From assembly GCA_022564055.1 (NCBI GenBank), contig JADFMD010000001.1, positions 2,738-66,737 on the forward strand: DNA of 64,000 nucleotides, given 5' to 3'. The DNA is from Gemmatimonadota bacterium (GTDB taxonomy: Bacteria; Gemmatimonadota; Gemmatimonadetes; Longimicrobiales; Gaopeijiaceae). How positions within the stretch are numbered: the first letter of the stretch is position 1; each line of letters starts with the position of its first letter. Shown here one piece after another: positions 20,318 through 29,554 of the stretch. The notes under the pieces are model-generated. The model made no database searches. It saw only the letters and a list, made by a program, of their open reading frames with translations, and was not told the DNA's origin. The translations under genes were made by a program, and so were the position numbers.

Positions 20318-21349
20318 TTGTACACACATTGTTTGGTCTGTCACACGCCGTTCCCACCGAACGAGGAGCTGGAATACTTCTCGACCTCCAAGCGCGTGGC
20401 CTACGATGCGGAACGTGGACGCCTCTGGGCTATTTGCCGATCCTGCAAGAGGTGGTCACTCGCCCCCATCGAAGAACGTTGGGAGGCCCTCGAGGAGTTG
20501 GAAAAACTTGTGAAGGACCGAGCGAAGCTCCTCTCACAGACCGATAACGTCGCCCTTCTGCGCGCCGGCGAACTCGAGGTCGTTCGAGTAGGCCGCGCGA
20601 ACCTCACCGAGGAAGCTTGGTGGCGCTACGGGCGAGAGCTCACCCATCGGGCGGCAAGGCATCAAAAACTCACTTTCATAGGTACCGCGGCGGCCGGCGC
20701 CGCGATCGCCGGTGGGTGGGCCAGTGGTGGCCTCGGCTGGCTCGGTGCGTGGTTTCTCTGGGAGAACGCGCCGGAACAGCTGACGCACGCCGCCCGATGG
20801 CTCCGCTTTGGCGGAAGCGCCTGGCGGGGCAGGCGGCGCTGCGCACGCTGTGGACAGATTTTTCGGAGCGTGGCTTATCGGGATCGGAAACAGCTGATCC
20901 TTTCCCCCGGTACCGCCGAAGGGGAGGCTTTGTCCGTCACCCAACGCTGTTCTGTATGTGGCGACGTCGAGGAAGGAGGTCTGCATCTCCGGGGTAAAGA
21001 GGGAGAAGTGGTTTCCCGGCGCCTACTCGCTTTCCACCACCACAGCGGTGCCTCCGAGAAGCGAGTCCGCTCGGCGACGCGGCTCATCGAGGAGGCCGGT
21101 AGCCCCGAAGACCTCACCCGCGTCGTCATCAAGGAGGGACGAAGGCTCGGCGACCTGCAACGGACTGGCGCCATCGCCTTGGAGATCGCGGCCAACGACA
21201 CGCTCGAGCAGCGGCTCCTCGAGCTCGAGCTCGCCGAAATCGAAGCGCACTGGAAGGAAGAGGAGGAGCTCGCCTCCATCATCGATGGGGAGCTCACGCC
21301 TTTGCCCTTGATGGAAAACTTTCGGAGGAAGATCATCGGAATCGGGTGA
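20318..21349 (+). CDS. hypothetical protein with two zinc-ribbon-like CxxC...CxxC modules and a central Gly/Ala/Trp-rich hydrophobic segment
   Basis: CLVCH..(about 30 aa)..CRSCKRW and CARCGQIF..(about 30 aa)..CSVCGD; hydrophobic FIGTAAAGAAIAGGWASGGLGWLGAWFLW; helical acidic C-terminus. Codon usage is coding-like. The start is uncertain: TTG at 20318 is preceded by GGAG, and in-frame ATGs at 20105/20117 would abut the divergent pabA start. Confidence 0.5.
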   Translation: MYTHCLVCHTPFPPNEELEYFSTSKRVAYDAERGRLWAICRSCKRWSLAPIEERWEALEELEKLVKDRAKLLSQTDNVALLRAGELEVVRVGRANLTEEAWWRYGRELTHRAARHQKLTFIGTAAAGAAIAGGWASGGLGWLGAWFLWENAPEQLTHAARWLRFGGSAWRGRRRCARCGQIFRSVAYRDRKQLILSPGTAEGEALSVTQRCSVCGDVEEGGLHLRGKEGEVVSRRLLAFHHHSGASEKRVRSATRLIEEAGSPEDLTRVVIKEGRRLGDLQRTGAIALEIAANDTLEQRLLELELAEIEAHWKEEEELASIIDGELTPLPLMENFRRKIIGIG

Positions 21350-21398
21350 CGCGGGCCTGCGGGTCGGCCGTGACCACCGACCGGTGCGGCGTTCGAGA

Positions 21399-23210
21399 CT
21401 AATAGTCGACCGGCCTCAGATAGAACTCCCCGATCGCCGTGGATGAAAGCATCGCAACCGTCGGCAGTTCTCGCTTCCAATGGGTCGCGGACAGGCGACG
21501 CCAGACGCAGTCCACATCGCTTTCGAGAAATCCGTTGCTCTTGAGCTCGTCGGCCGTGTATCCGTGGAGTAGCCAGTGAAGGATGGGATCGGCACGACGA
21601 TACGAGATCCCGAGCTCATCTTCGTCATTTACCCCACGGACCAGGTCGGCCGAGGCGGGTTTGTCGATGATCACATCCGGCACTCCGAGGTGCCTGGCCA
21701 GGTCCCAGACCTGGGTCTTGAATAGATCTCCGAGCGGATTGATGGGCGGAGAATCATCCGCGTGCCAGGTGTAATACCCGAGGAGACGCTCCGACTTGTT
21801 CCCGGTACCGAGCGGGAGCGCACCGAGCTTCGCCGACTGGTCGAAGAGGATCACGGAGCGGAGGCGAGCCGCCAGATTCCCCCTGCGCAGGGGCGAAAGG
21901 TCGGGCTCATGTTTCTGTACGTATGCGTCCACCGACTCGGTAATCTCGATCGTACGGCATTCGGCATCGGACACCTCCACAATCAGATCCGCATGGTCCA
22001 AGCTCTCCTGGCTGGACGTCGCGTAGGGAAGGCGAAAGCCCGTCACGTTCTCGGGGCCGAGAGCGCGGACGGCCAAGAGCAGCGACACGCTCGAGTCCAC
22101 CCCCCCAGAGAGACCGATCACCACGCGCTCGAAGCCACGCTGCCGAACGACTTCTTCCCGGATGAACTCCAGCAAGGCGCTTTCCACCAGGGGCAGATCC
22201 AGATCGAGTAGGGTCTCGTCTTCGGGACGGACCGGCGCGTGTGCCCTCGGGGCTCCGGGTTCCAAAACGGCCTCGGCCGACCCGGCACTGGGCGCGGCGG
22301 GTGCATTCGGGCCCTGGGTTGCCGTTTGAGCCGGGCTTTGGGCATTGATCAGCGCCCTCTGCAGGTGGGGAAGTGTCCGCTCCAGGTCGGCCAACAGAGG
22401 AGAGGCCGCCCGGGCCCGGGCCAGGGACGCCGAATCCAACTCCGCCACGGTCACACCCGCCTCAAAGAGTGGACCCCGCGCTAGAATCGAACCGTCCGGG
22501 CCGACCGCGATCGACCCGCCCGGAAAGACCTTCCCACCCTCCGAGCCGACCAGCTGACTCACCACCACGAACACGCCGTGCTCCAGCGCGGTAGCCGGGG
22601 CCAAGGCATCCCAGCGGCTCAGATTTTGCGGGCGCCCTTCCCCACCTGGAGCGAAGCCCCGCGCCGGTGAGGCGCTTACCGCGATGATCAACTCCGCGCC
22701 CCCCACGGCTAATATCGTGGGGGGTAAGGAGTGCCACATTTCCTCACAGATGAGGAGCCCCACCCGTGCGAACCTGGTATCGAATGATTGAACGCTTTTT
22801 CCAGGCTCCACGAAGCGCGCCTCATCGAACACGCCGTAGGTCGGCAGAAACATCTTCCGGTGGACGTGTGTGGCCTCGAAAAGCCGCTCGCCGGGTGTCA
22901 GGTACACGACGCTGTTGTAGAGCCTGCTACGATGCCGCTCGAAGAAACCGAGCACGACATCCGGAGCCTCAGGGGGCGGCTCGCCAAGTTCCGTCGCAAT
23001 GTCCATGGCCGAGCGCGCCGCCTCGGCCACGCCCCCCTCCAGGAAGTAGCCTGTGACGCTCGTCTCGGGAAACACCAGGAGGTCGACCGACCCTGCCTGC
23101 TCGGAGATCACGTCACGAATCCGGGCCAGGTTGAAGGCGACATCGGCCTTCTTGGGTTTGAACTGGGCGAGTCCCACTCGTAGGTGAGACCCTCCTGGTG
23201 GTCGTATCAT
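21399..23210 (-). CDS. nadE: glutamine-dependent NAD+ synthetase
   Basis: N-terminal CN-hydrolase domain (LRVGLAQFKP, FPETSVTGY, LICEEMWH) plus a C-terminal NAD synthetase domain (VVIGLSGGVDSSV). Start at ATG 23210, or 23267 for the longest ORF. Confidence 0.9.
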   Translation of the reverse strand: MIRPPGGSHLRVGLAQFKPKKADVAFNLARIRDVISEQAGSVDLLVFPETSVTGYFLEGGVAEAARSAMDIATELGEPPPEAPDVVLGFFERHRSRLYNSVVYLTPGERLFEATHVHRKMFLPTYGVFDEARFVEPGKSVQSFDTRFARVGLLICEEMWHSLPPTILAVGGAELIIAVSASPARGFAPGGEGRPQNLSRWDALAPATALEHGVFVVVSQLVGSEGGKVFPGGSIAVGPDGSILARGPLFEAGVTVAELDSASLARARAASPLLADLERTLPHLQRALINAQSPAQTATQGPNAPAAPSAGSAEAVLEPGAPRAHAPVRPEDETLLDLDLPLVESALLEFIREEVVRQRGFERVVIGLSGGVDSSVSLLLAVRALGPENVTGFRLPYATSSQESLDHADLIVEVSDAECRTIEITESVDAYVQKHEPDLSPLRRGNLAARLRSVILFDQSAKLGALPLGTGNKSERLLGYYTWHADDSPPINPLGDLFKTQVWDLARHLGVPDVIIDKPASADLVRGVNDEDELGISYRRADPILHWLLHGYTADELKSNGFLESDVDCVWRRLSATHWKRELPTVAMLSSTAIGEFYLRPVDY

Positions 23211-23303
23211 GAGCAACGTCTCCCGGGCACGTCGGGGAGTTGAAATATCTCGACTGTCCCTCGACAAAGTAAGGATCCGACGGTCGAAGCCGAAGCCCCT
23301 TGC

Positions 23304-23317
23304 GTTCCGATCGGAAC
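23304..23317. repeat. perfect 14-bp palindrome GTTCCGATCGGAAC (candidate operator) in the divergent nadE / protease intergenic region
   Basis: Read directly: the sequence is self-complementary over 14 bp with no spacer. It lies about 95 nt upstream of the nadE start and 66 nt upstream of the protease start. Any function is inferred only. Confidence 0.4.
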
Positions 23318-23382
23318 GAGGCGGGATTCGATGGGGTTATTAGAGGTGCCCCACGACCGTTGCCCACACTGAAAGTGAAGCG

Positions 23383-25011
23383 ATGCTCCGTAAGACCGTA
23401 CGCTACCTCGGGTTGGCCCTCGTTCTGGCGCTGCCTTCTGCGGTCCAGTCCCAGGATAATGTCGGACGACGCGCCTCCGGAAGGCCGGCCACCGCGTCCG
23501 CCGGTGCCCAGGAGTTCCTGAGCGCGTTTCAGGCCATCCGCGACTACAGCCTCCAGGAGCTCTCCGACTCCACGCTCTGGCACCGTGCTGTCGACGGGCT
23601 GATCCGGGAGCTGAACGACCCGTATGCCCAGACGTTCACGCCCGAGGAGTACGACGATTTCCAGGAGTCCAATACGGGTAACTATGCCGGCATTGGCATT
23701 CAGATCACGAACCTCAACGAGGCCATCACGGTTACGGCGGTATTCCGAGGCACTCCCGCCGAGGAGTCCGGCCTCAAGGTCGGTGACCTCATCATCGAGG
23801 TGAACGACGAGAGTACCGAGGGATGGACCACCAGGGACGCGTCGAGGGCCATCCGTGGCGAGGTGGGAACGACGGTGAACCTCGCCATCGCCCGCCAAGG
23901 ACTCACCGCCCCCCTCAGGCCGACGGTGCGCCGGGACAGCGTTCATGTTTCGGCCGCGGAGGCGGACCTCGTGGGCCCGAACATCGCCTATATCGCGCTC
24001 GACCGTGTCGCTCGTGGCTCGGCCGATGAAGTGGGGGCCGCCCTCTCCGAGTTCAGCGATGCGCGGGGATTTATCCTCGACTTGCGAGGAAATCCGGGAG
24101 GGTACCTCGACGAATCGTTAAACATTTCGGACCTCTTTCTCGATAGAGGAGCCGTGCTCGCCAGTGCTGAGAGCCGTGTGCCGGGCGAAACAGGCCGGAG
24201 TCTGGATGAGTCGTGGACCGCCAAGACCCCGGACCAGGTACCGGGCAAACCCGTGATCGTCCTGGTCGACCAGTACTCCGCTTCTGCCTCCGAAATCATC
24301 GCCGGGGCTCTGCAGGACCACGACCGAGCCCTGGTGATTGGGGAAAGAACGTTCGGTAAGGGCGTCTTCCAGAACGTGTTCCGGCTGACCGAGACACGCC
24401 ACCTGCGACTCACGACGGGCGAGTGGTACACTCCCCTGGGGAGATCCCTCCATCGGCCCAGGACGGCCCAGGGAAACCCGCTCCCCGAAGAGCCCGACGC
24501 GTTTCGCGTCGTCAAAACCGACGGAGGGCGTGAACTGGTCGCCGCGGGCGGCGTGTTCCCTGATCTCGAGATCGGGAACGACACCCTCACGATTCTCGAG
24601 CGGGAGTTCCTCTCTCAGACCGCCAGTGCCCGTGTTCCTTTGAGCCTTCGCATCGAGGAATTTGCCTTCGGGCAAGCGGAGCGGCAAAGGGCCGCCGGAG
24701 GCGAACCTGTACTCGATGCGGCGGCCTTCGAGCAATTCCTGACCGGCCTCGCCGAAGACGGCGCCCAACGGTTGTACCTCGACGATGACGAGGTGCGCGG
24801 GTACCTGAAGTACTTGATCCTTCCCCGTATTGCGCGGCGGATGGACAGGGTCGGACGGGCCGTTGAGCTTCGAGCCATCCGTGATCCGGTACTTTCGGAG
24901 GCCATACGGCTCCTGAGCGAGGTTGAGACCCAGGCCGAGCTGTTTGCCACCGTGGACCGATTGAACGCGGCCTCGCGGGACGTCCAGGTGGACGCGAGTC
25001 GGATTCGCTAG
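23383..25011 (+). CDS. S41-family C-terminal processing peptidase (Ctp/Prc-like) with PDZ domain
   Basis: Signal peptide LGLALVLALPSAV. PDZ region (GIGIQI...GTPAEESGLKVGDLIIEVN). Catalytic region LRGNPGGYLDES, ASASEIIAGALQDHDRALVIGERTFGKG. Confidence 0.9.
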   Translation: MLRKTVRYLGLALVLALPSAVQSQDNVGRRASGRPATASAGAQEFLSAFQAIRDYSLQELSDSTLWHRAVDGLIRELNDPYAQTFTPEEYDDFQESNTGNYAGIGIQITNLNEAITVTAVFRGTPAEESGLKVGDLIIEVNDESTEGWTTRDASRAIRGEVGTTVNLAIARQGLTAPLRPTVRRDSVHVSAAEADLVGPNIAYIALDRVARGSADEVGAALSEFSDARGFILDLRGNPGGYLDESLNISDLFLDRGAVLASAESRVPGETGRSLDESWTAKTPDQVPGKPVIVLVDQYSASASEIIAGALQDHDRALVIGERTFGKGVFQNVFRLTETRHLRLTTGEWYTPLGRSLHRPRTAQGNPLPEEPDAFRVVKTDGGRELVAAGGVFPDLEIGNDTLTILEREFLSQTASARVPLSLRIEEFAFGQAERQRAAGGEPVLDAAAFEQFLTGLAEDGAQRLYLDDDEVRGYLKYLILPRIARRMDRVGRAVELRAIRDPVLSEAIRLLSEVETQAELFATVDRLNAASRDVQVDASRIR

Positions 25012-25020
25012 AACGGTCCC

Positions 25021-25944
25021 CTACGACCTTGGATGATACCTCCGATGCATATCACGAAGGTATTTCCGATCCAGGTGCGTGTAGATCTGGGTCGTTGAAA
25101 TGTCGGCATGACCCAGAAGTTCCTGGACCGCCACCAGATCCGCCCCCCCCTCCAGCAGGTGCGTGGCAAACGTGTGCCGCAGCACATGGGGTGACACCTT
25201 GCGTTTGATACCCACGGAGCGAGCCGCGACCTTCACGATTTTCCACACCGCTGTCCTGGACAAGGGGTGTCCTCGCTGATTCAGAAAGACACACCCGCCC
25301 CCTTTCCCCTTCTCCAAAGCCGGCCTCACGCCACGCAGGTAACGGGAAAGAGCCACGCACGCCGGGCGCCCGAACGGAACCATTCGCTCTTTCGATCCCT
25401 TCCCGAAGACCGTACATAACCCCTCTTCCAGATCGACATCGGTAAGGCGCAGGCCCACCAGCTCCGAGACCCGCACGCCGGTGGCGTAGAGAAACTCCAG
25501 GATCGCCCGGTCACGCCAGTAGACCGGCGAATCCAAGTGAGGTGCTTCCAACAGCGCGGATACCTCGGCCGGATTGAGAACGCTTGGAAGCGGCCGAGCG
25601 ACACGCGGGCTGTGAAGCCCCTCGGTCGGGTCGCTTTCCACGACACCCTCCTCCAGGAGAAATCCGAAATAGGTACGGAGGGACGACTGTGCTCGGCGCA
25701 CGGAAGTGGGGGCGAGGCCGAGGTCGCCGAGGTGAAACACATAGTCTCTCAAATCATCCCCCCCCACCGACAGCGGGTCACGCCGTCCTTTCGTCTTTGC
25801 GAAGGCGATAAATTTTTCGAGCTCCCTGCCATAGGCACTGACCGTGAGCGGGGACAACCCACGTTCGAAGTTCAGATAGTCCGCGTACCGTTCAGCCTGA
25901 AACTCGATCGCCTCACTCACTCGGTGGCTCCGATGCGTCACCAT
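25021..25944 (-). CDS. site-specific tyrosine recombinase, XerC/XerD family
   Basis: N-terminal SAM-like domain (YLNFERGLSPLTVSAYGRELEKF). Catalytic region HVLRHTFATHLL..LLGHADISTTQIYTHL..YHPRS, closely resembling the E. coli XerC/XerD C-termini. Confidence 0.9.
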   Translation of the reverse strand: MVTHRSHRVSEAIEFQAERYADYLNFERGLSPLTVSAYGRELEKFIAFAKTKGRRDPLSVGGDDLRDYVFHLGDLGLAPTSVRRAQSSLRTYFGFLLEEGVVESDPTEGLHSPRVARPLPSVLNPAEVSALLEAPHLDSPVYWRDRAILEFLYATGVRVSELVGLRLTDVDLEEGLCTVFGKGSKERMVPFGRPACVALSRYLRGVRPALEKGKGGGCVFLNQRGHPLSRTAVWKIVKVAARSVGIKRKVSPHVLRHTFATHLLEGGADLVAVQELLGHADISTTQIYTHLDRKYLRDMHRRYHPRS

Positions 25945-26596
25945 GCTTCTCCTGCCCGGCCCCCGGGTCCGTTTCCTTCGAGTACTTCCTTCGAGATCGA
26001 ACCCACCACCAGGCCAACGGCACGACGATCACCGCCGCGACGATCGCCAAGGTCCAATTGAGACGGTCCTGGACCCCCAGTAGCTGGTCCACGTTGCGCC
26101 CAGCGAACGCTCCGACCCAGACGAGGACTCCGTACCAGATTCCCGAAGCCAGGACGAGAGGGACTACCACCGATATCGGGCGCTGTCGGATGAGGCCTGC
26201 GAAAACAGGCGTAATCGCCCGTAGACCTGGCAAGAACCGAGTGTAGAAAACGGCTAGCGCGCCCCAACGCTCGTAAAACTTTCGAACCGTCGCTACCTGT
26301 TTTGGATCGAGCAGATACCGCCCGACCCTAGTTTGAAAAAAAGGTTCGCCGTAGTGGTAGGCTGCGGCGTAAACCGCAAGCGCAGAAAGCACGTTCGATG
26401 CCCAGGTCACGAGAAAGACGACTCCCTCGTTGGCGCTTCCGCGGGCCGCGAAGAAACCTCCGATCAGCACGAAGGTGTCGGCCGGAATCAACGGGACGAC
26501 GTTCTCGACCGCCGCGCCCACCCCCAGCACGGCATACATCAGTACGGGGGGCACATCCCGCAACCAGACAAGAACCCCGTCCAGAACCTCGCTCAA
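25913..26596 (-). CDS. DedA-family membrane protein
   Basis: AVENVVPLIPADTFVLIGGFFA, YTRFLPGLRAITPVFAGL, multiple TM helices. Confidence 0.8.
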   Translation of the reverse strand: MSEVLDGVLVWLRDVPPVLMYAVLGVGAAVENVVPLIPADTFVLIGGFFAARGSANEGVVFLVTWASNVLSALAVYAAAYHYGEPFFQTRVGRYLLDPKQVATVRKFYERWGALAVFYTRFLPGLRAITPVFAGLIRQRPISVVVPLVLASGIWYGVLVWVGAFAGRNVDQLLGVQDRLNWTLAIVAAVIVVPLAWWWVRSRRKYSKETDPGAGQEKHGDASEPPSE

Positions 26597-26632
26597 GCTA
26601 GTGGCATCTCGAAGAAGCGAGGGCGAGCCGGG

Positions 26633-27142
26633 TCAGGAGGTTCGGGGGGTTTCATCGTCTTCGGACCGCGTCAGAAGCGCCACCGCATGTACTGCCATGC
26701 CCTCTCCAGAACCGATCCAACCCATGCCTTCGTTCGTTTTGCCTTTGACGGAAATCGCCTCGGGCAGGGTACCCAGCACCTCCGAAAGCCGCGCCACCAT
26801 CTTTTCAGCGTTGGCCGCGATTCTAGGCTGTTCGGTGATAACCGTCACGTCAAGATTGGACACGTAAAGATGGGACTCACCGATGAGCTTGACCGTGCGC
26901 GCAAGCAAATCCATGGAATCCGCATCTTTCCACTCAGGTTCAGACGGGGGAAAATGCCGACCGATGTCACCCAAGGCCGCTGCGCCCAGCAGGGCGTCGA
27001 TGATTGCGTGGGCGACGGCATCCCCGTCGGAGTGCCCTAGAAGACCAGGGTGATCCGGAAACCTAACACCACCCAGAACGAGGGAACGTGCTTCGTCGAA
27101 GCGGTGCGAGTCGTATCCGAAGCCGATCCTTATCGAGCCCAT
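26633..27142 (-). CDS. ispF: 2-C-methyl-D-erythritol 2,4-cyclodiphosphate synthase
   Basis: IRIGFGYDSHRF, GHSDGDAVAHA. The ATG at 27142 avoids overlap with fabF (stop at 27198). Confidence 0.92.
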   Translation of the reverse strand: MGSIRIGFGYDSHRFDEARSLVLGGVRFPDHPGLLGHSDGDAVAHAIIDALLGAAALGDIGRHFPPSEPEWKDADSMDLLARTVKLIGESHLYVSNLDVTVITEQPRIAANAEKMVARLSEVLGTLPEAISVKGKTNEGMGWIGSGEGMAVHAVALLTRSEDDETPRTS

Positions 27143-27197
27143 CGTGTCGCCTCTCGGTTCACTTCGCGCGGCCGGACCCCACTTCTTCAAAAGGCCT

Positions 27198-28460
27198 CTA
27201 TTCTTCGACCCAGGCCCGAATCGCCAGACAGGCGTTGTGTCCGCCAAACCCAAAGGAGTTGGAGAGGGCGACCCTCACCGGTCGATCGACGACACCGTCC
27301 TTGCCATAGTCGAGGTCACAATCCGGATCGGGATCGGTCAGGTTGATCGTGGGCGGGATCCTGCCCTGCTTGCAAACCAACGCCGTGACCACGGCCTCCA
27401 CGCCACCGGCGGCCCCCAACAGGTGGCCCGTCATCGATTTCGTGGACCCCACGATTACCGAATAGGCCGATTCCCCTAGAACCTGCTTGATCGCCGCGGT
27501 CTCGTTGCGGTCGTTGGCCTGGGTCGAGGTTCCGTGTGCATTGATGTAATCCACATCCTTGGCGGTCACGCCGGCGTCCTCCATGGCCATCCGCATGGCG
27601 TATTGGGCCCCTTCCCCCTCCGGCGCCGGCATCGTGATGTGGTGCGCATCCGCCGACACACCGTACCCAGCGACCTCCGCCACGATGTTGGCGCCGCGGG
27701 CGACCGCTGTCTCCAAGGCCTCCAGTATTACACAACCCGCTCCCTCGCCGATGACGAATCCGTCTCGTCCAGCATCGAAAGGGCGGGACGCGGCGGCGGG
27801 ATCGTCGTTCCTGGTAGACAGCGCCTTCATGGACGCGAATCCCGCGACGGCCAGAGGCGTGATCGTCGCCTCCCCACCCCCGGCGATCATGACGTCGGCA
27901 TCACCGCGCTCGATGAACCGGAACGCATCCCCGATCGCATGAGCGCCCGATGCGCAAGCCGAAACGGTGGCATAGTTCGGCCCTTTCGCCCCAAAACGAA
28001 TCGAAATCAGACCTGCCGCGATGTTGGGAATGAACATGGGAATAAAAAAAGGGCTCACTCGGCCAGGCCCGCGTTCCCTCAGTTGGTCATGCTGGGCTTC
28101 CATGGTGGAGATGCCGCCGATACCGCTGCCGAAAATCACCCCAAAACGTTCAGGGGCGACACCCTCCGGCGGACCCGCGAGTCCGGCATCTCGCATGGCC
28201 TCATCCGCGGCCCCGACGCTGAACTGTGCAAAACGATCGTACCGGCGGACTTCTTTTTTTTCGAGGAAGGCGAGCGGATCGAAGTTCTTAACCTCGCATG
28301 CGATGCGCGTTACGTACTCCTCGGTGGCCTCGAAGATGGTGATGGGTCCCGCACCGGTTTCACCTGCGAGTAAGGCATCCCAGGTCGAAGGCACGTCGTT
28401 CCCTACCGGAGTGATCGCTCCAAGACCCGTTATAACCACCCTCCGAAGGCCATCGCTCAT
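27198..28460 (-). CDS. fabF: beta-ketoacyl-ACP synthase II
   Basis: Active-site SACASGAHAIG, NAHGTSTQANDR, SNSFGFGGHNA. Located downstream of acpP. Confidence 0.95.
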   Translation of the reverse strand: MSDGLRRVVITGLGAITPVGNDVPSTWDALLAGETGAGPITIFEATEEYVTRIACEVKNFDPLAFLEKKEVRRYDRFAQFSVGAADEAMRDAGLAGPPEGVAPERFGVIFGSGIGGISTMEAQHDQLRERGPGRVSPFFIPMFIPNIAAGLISIRFGAKGPNYATVSACASGAHAIGDAFRFIERGDADVMIAGGGEATITPLAVAGFASMKALSTRNDDPAAASRPFDAGRDGFVIGEGAGCVILEALETAVARGANIVAEVAGYGVSADAHHITMPAPEGEGAQYAMRMAMEDAGVTAKDVDYINAHGTSTQANDRNETAAIKQVLGESAYSVIVGSTKSMTGHLLGAAGGVEAVVTALVCKQGRIPPTINLTDPDPDCDLDYGKDGVVDRPVRVALSNSFGFGGHNACLAIRAWVEE

Positions 28461-28496
28461 CGTCAGAACGCCTCTACAAAGCAGCCCTCGGTGGGC

Positions 28497-28739
28497 TCAC
28501 GACGCCTCGTTCTTCTCGATGTAGGCGACGGCTTCGCCCACGGTGCGCATCTGCTCTGCATCCTCGTCCGGAATATCGATGGTGAACTCTTCCTCGAAGG
28601 CCATTACGAGCTCCACGGTATCCAGAGAATCGGCTCCGAGATCATCCACGAAAGAAGCCTCGGAAGTGACTTTCTCTGGATCCACCCCCAACTCGTTGAT
28701 AATGATTTCCTTGACCTTCGCGGCGATGTTGTCAGCCAT
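28497..28739 (-). CDS. acpP: acyl carrier protein
   Basis: 80 aa with the phosphopantetheine site [20 protein letters not shown]. Confidence 0.97.
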   Translation of the reverse strand: MADNIAAKVKEIIINELGVDPEKVTSEASFVDDLGADSLDTVELVMAFEEEFTIDIPDEDAEQMRTVGEAVAYIEKNEAS

Positions 28740-28805
28740 GGTGCCTCCGTAAAAGTGAGTCCTTACGTGTCAATTCGATTCGAAACATCTCGGATCGGGA
28801 TTACA

Positions 28806-29543
28806 CTAGATGGCCATCCCCCCGTCAACCGCGACGACTTGGCCGGTAATGTAGCGGGCCGCGGGTCCCGCAAGAAAGCGCACCAGCCCACCCACGTCTT
28901 CGGGATCGCCAAAACGACCGAGCGGAATCCGAGCTTGCAGCTCCTCCAGGGTCGCCTCGGGCAGCTCCGCCGTCATGTCTGTCTTGATAAAGCCCGGCGC
29001 AATCGCGTTGCACCGGATCCCCCGCGACGCGAGCTCCTTCGCGAGGCTCTTCGTAAATCCGATGAGGCCGGCCTTGGAGGCGGCATAGTTCACCTGGCCG
29101 GCGTTTCCCACGATCCCGACCACCGAGGTGATGTTCAAGATCACACCGCTTCGCCGCTTCATCATTCCGCGTGCAAGGTTGCGGGTCATGTTGAACGCCC
29201 CCTTGAGATTGACGGCGAGGACGTCGTCCCACTGCTCTTCCTTCATTCGGATGAAGATGTTGTCCTTGGTAATCCCGGCGTTGTTGACCAGAATTTCGAT
29301 AGGTCCCAACTCCTCTTCCACCTTTCCAATTACCGTCTTGGCGGCTTCGGCGTCGCTGACGTCGCACGCGTACCCTCTGTGCCCGGCACCCTCGAGCGAG
29401 GCCGCCGCGGACTCGGCCGCCTCTCCGTTACGGCCCACGACGGCCACCTTGGCGCCAGCACGTCCGAGTTCCTGTGCGATCGCCAGCCCGATGCCGCGGG
29501 AGCCCCCCGTGACGAGCGCGACCTGTCCGTCGAGTTCTTTCAT
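28806..29543 (-). CDS. fabG: 3-oxoacyl-ACP reductase
   Basis: VALVTGGSRGIG, NAG, YAASKAG. The ATG at 29543 lies just after the fabD stop (29555). Confidence 0.95.
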   Translation of the reverse strand: MKELDGQVALVTGGSRGIGLAIAQELGRAGAKVAVVGRNGEAAESAAASLEGAGHRGYACDVSDAEAAKTVIGKVEEELGPIEILVNNAGITKDNIFIRMKEEQWDDVLAVNLKGAFNMTRNLARGMMKRRSGVILNITSVVGIVGNAGQVNYAASKAGLIGFTKSLAKELASRGIRCNAIAPGFIKTDMTAELPEATLEELQARIPLGRFGDPEDVGGLVRFLAGPAARYITGQVVAVDGGMAI

Positions 29544-29554
29544 GGATGACACCT

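Noticed and set aside
23113-23946. A 277-aa minus-strand ORF spanning the nadE-protease intergenic region.
   Set aside because: It is antisense to the well-supported S41 peptidase gene and runs through the divergent promoter region. It has no motifs.
28491-29549. A 352-aa plus-strand ORF.
   Set aside because: It is antisense to acpP and fabG, both identified by exact catalytic or prosthetic-group motifs.
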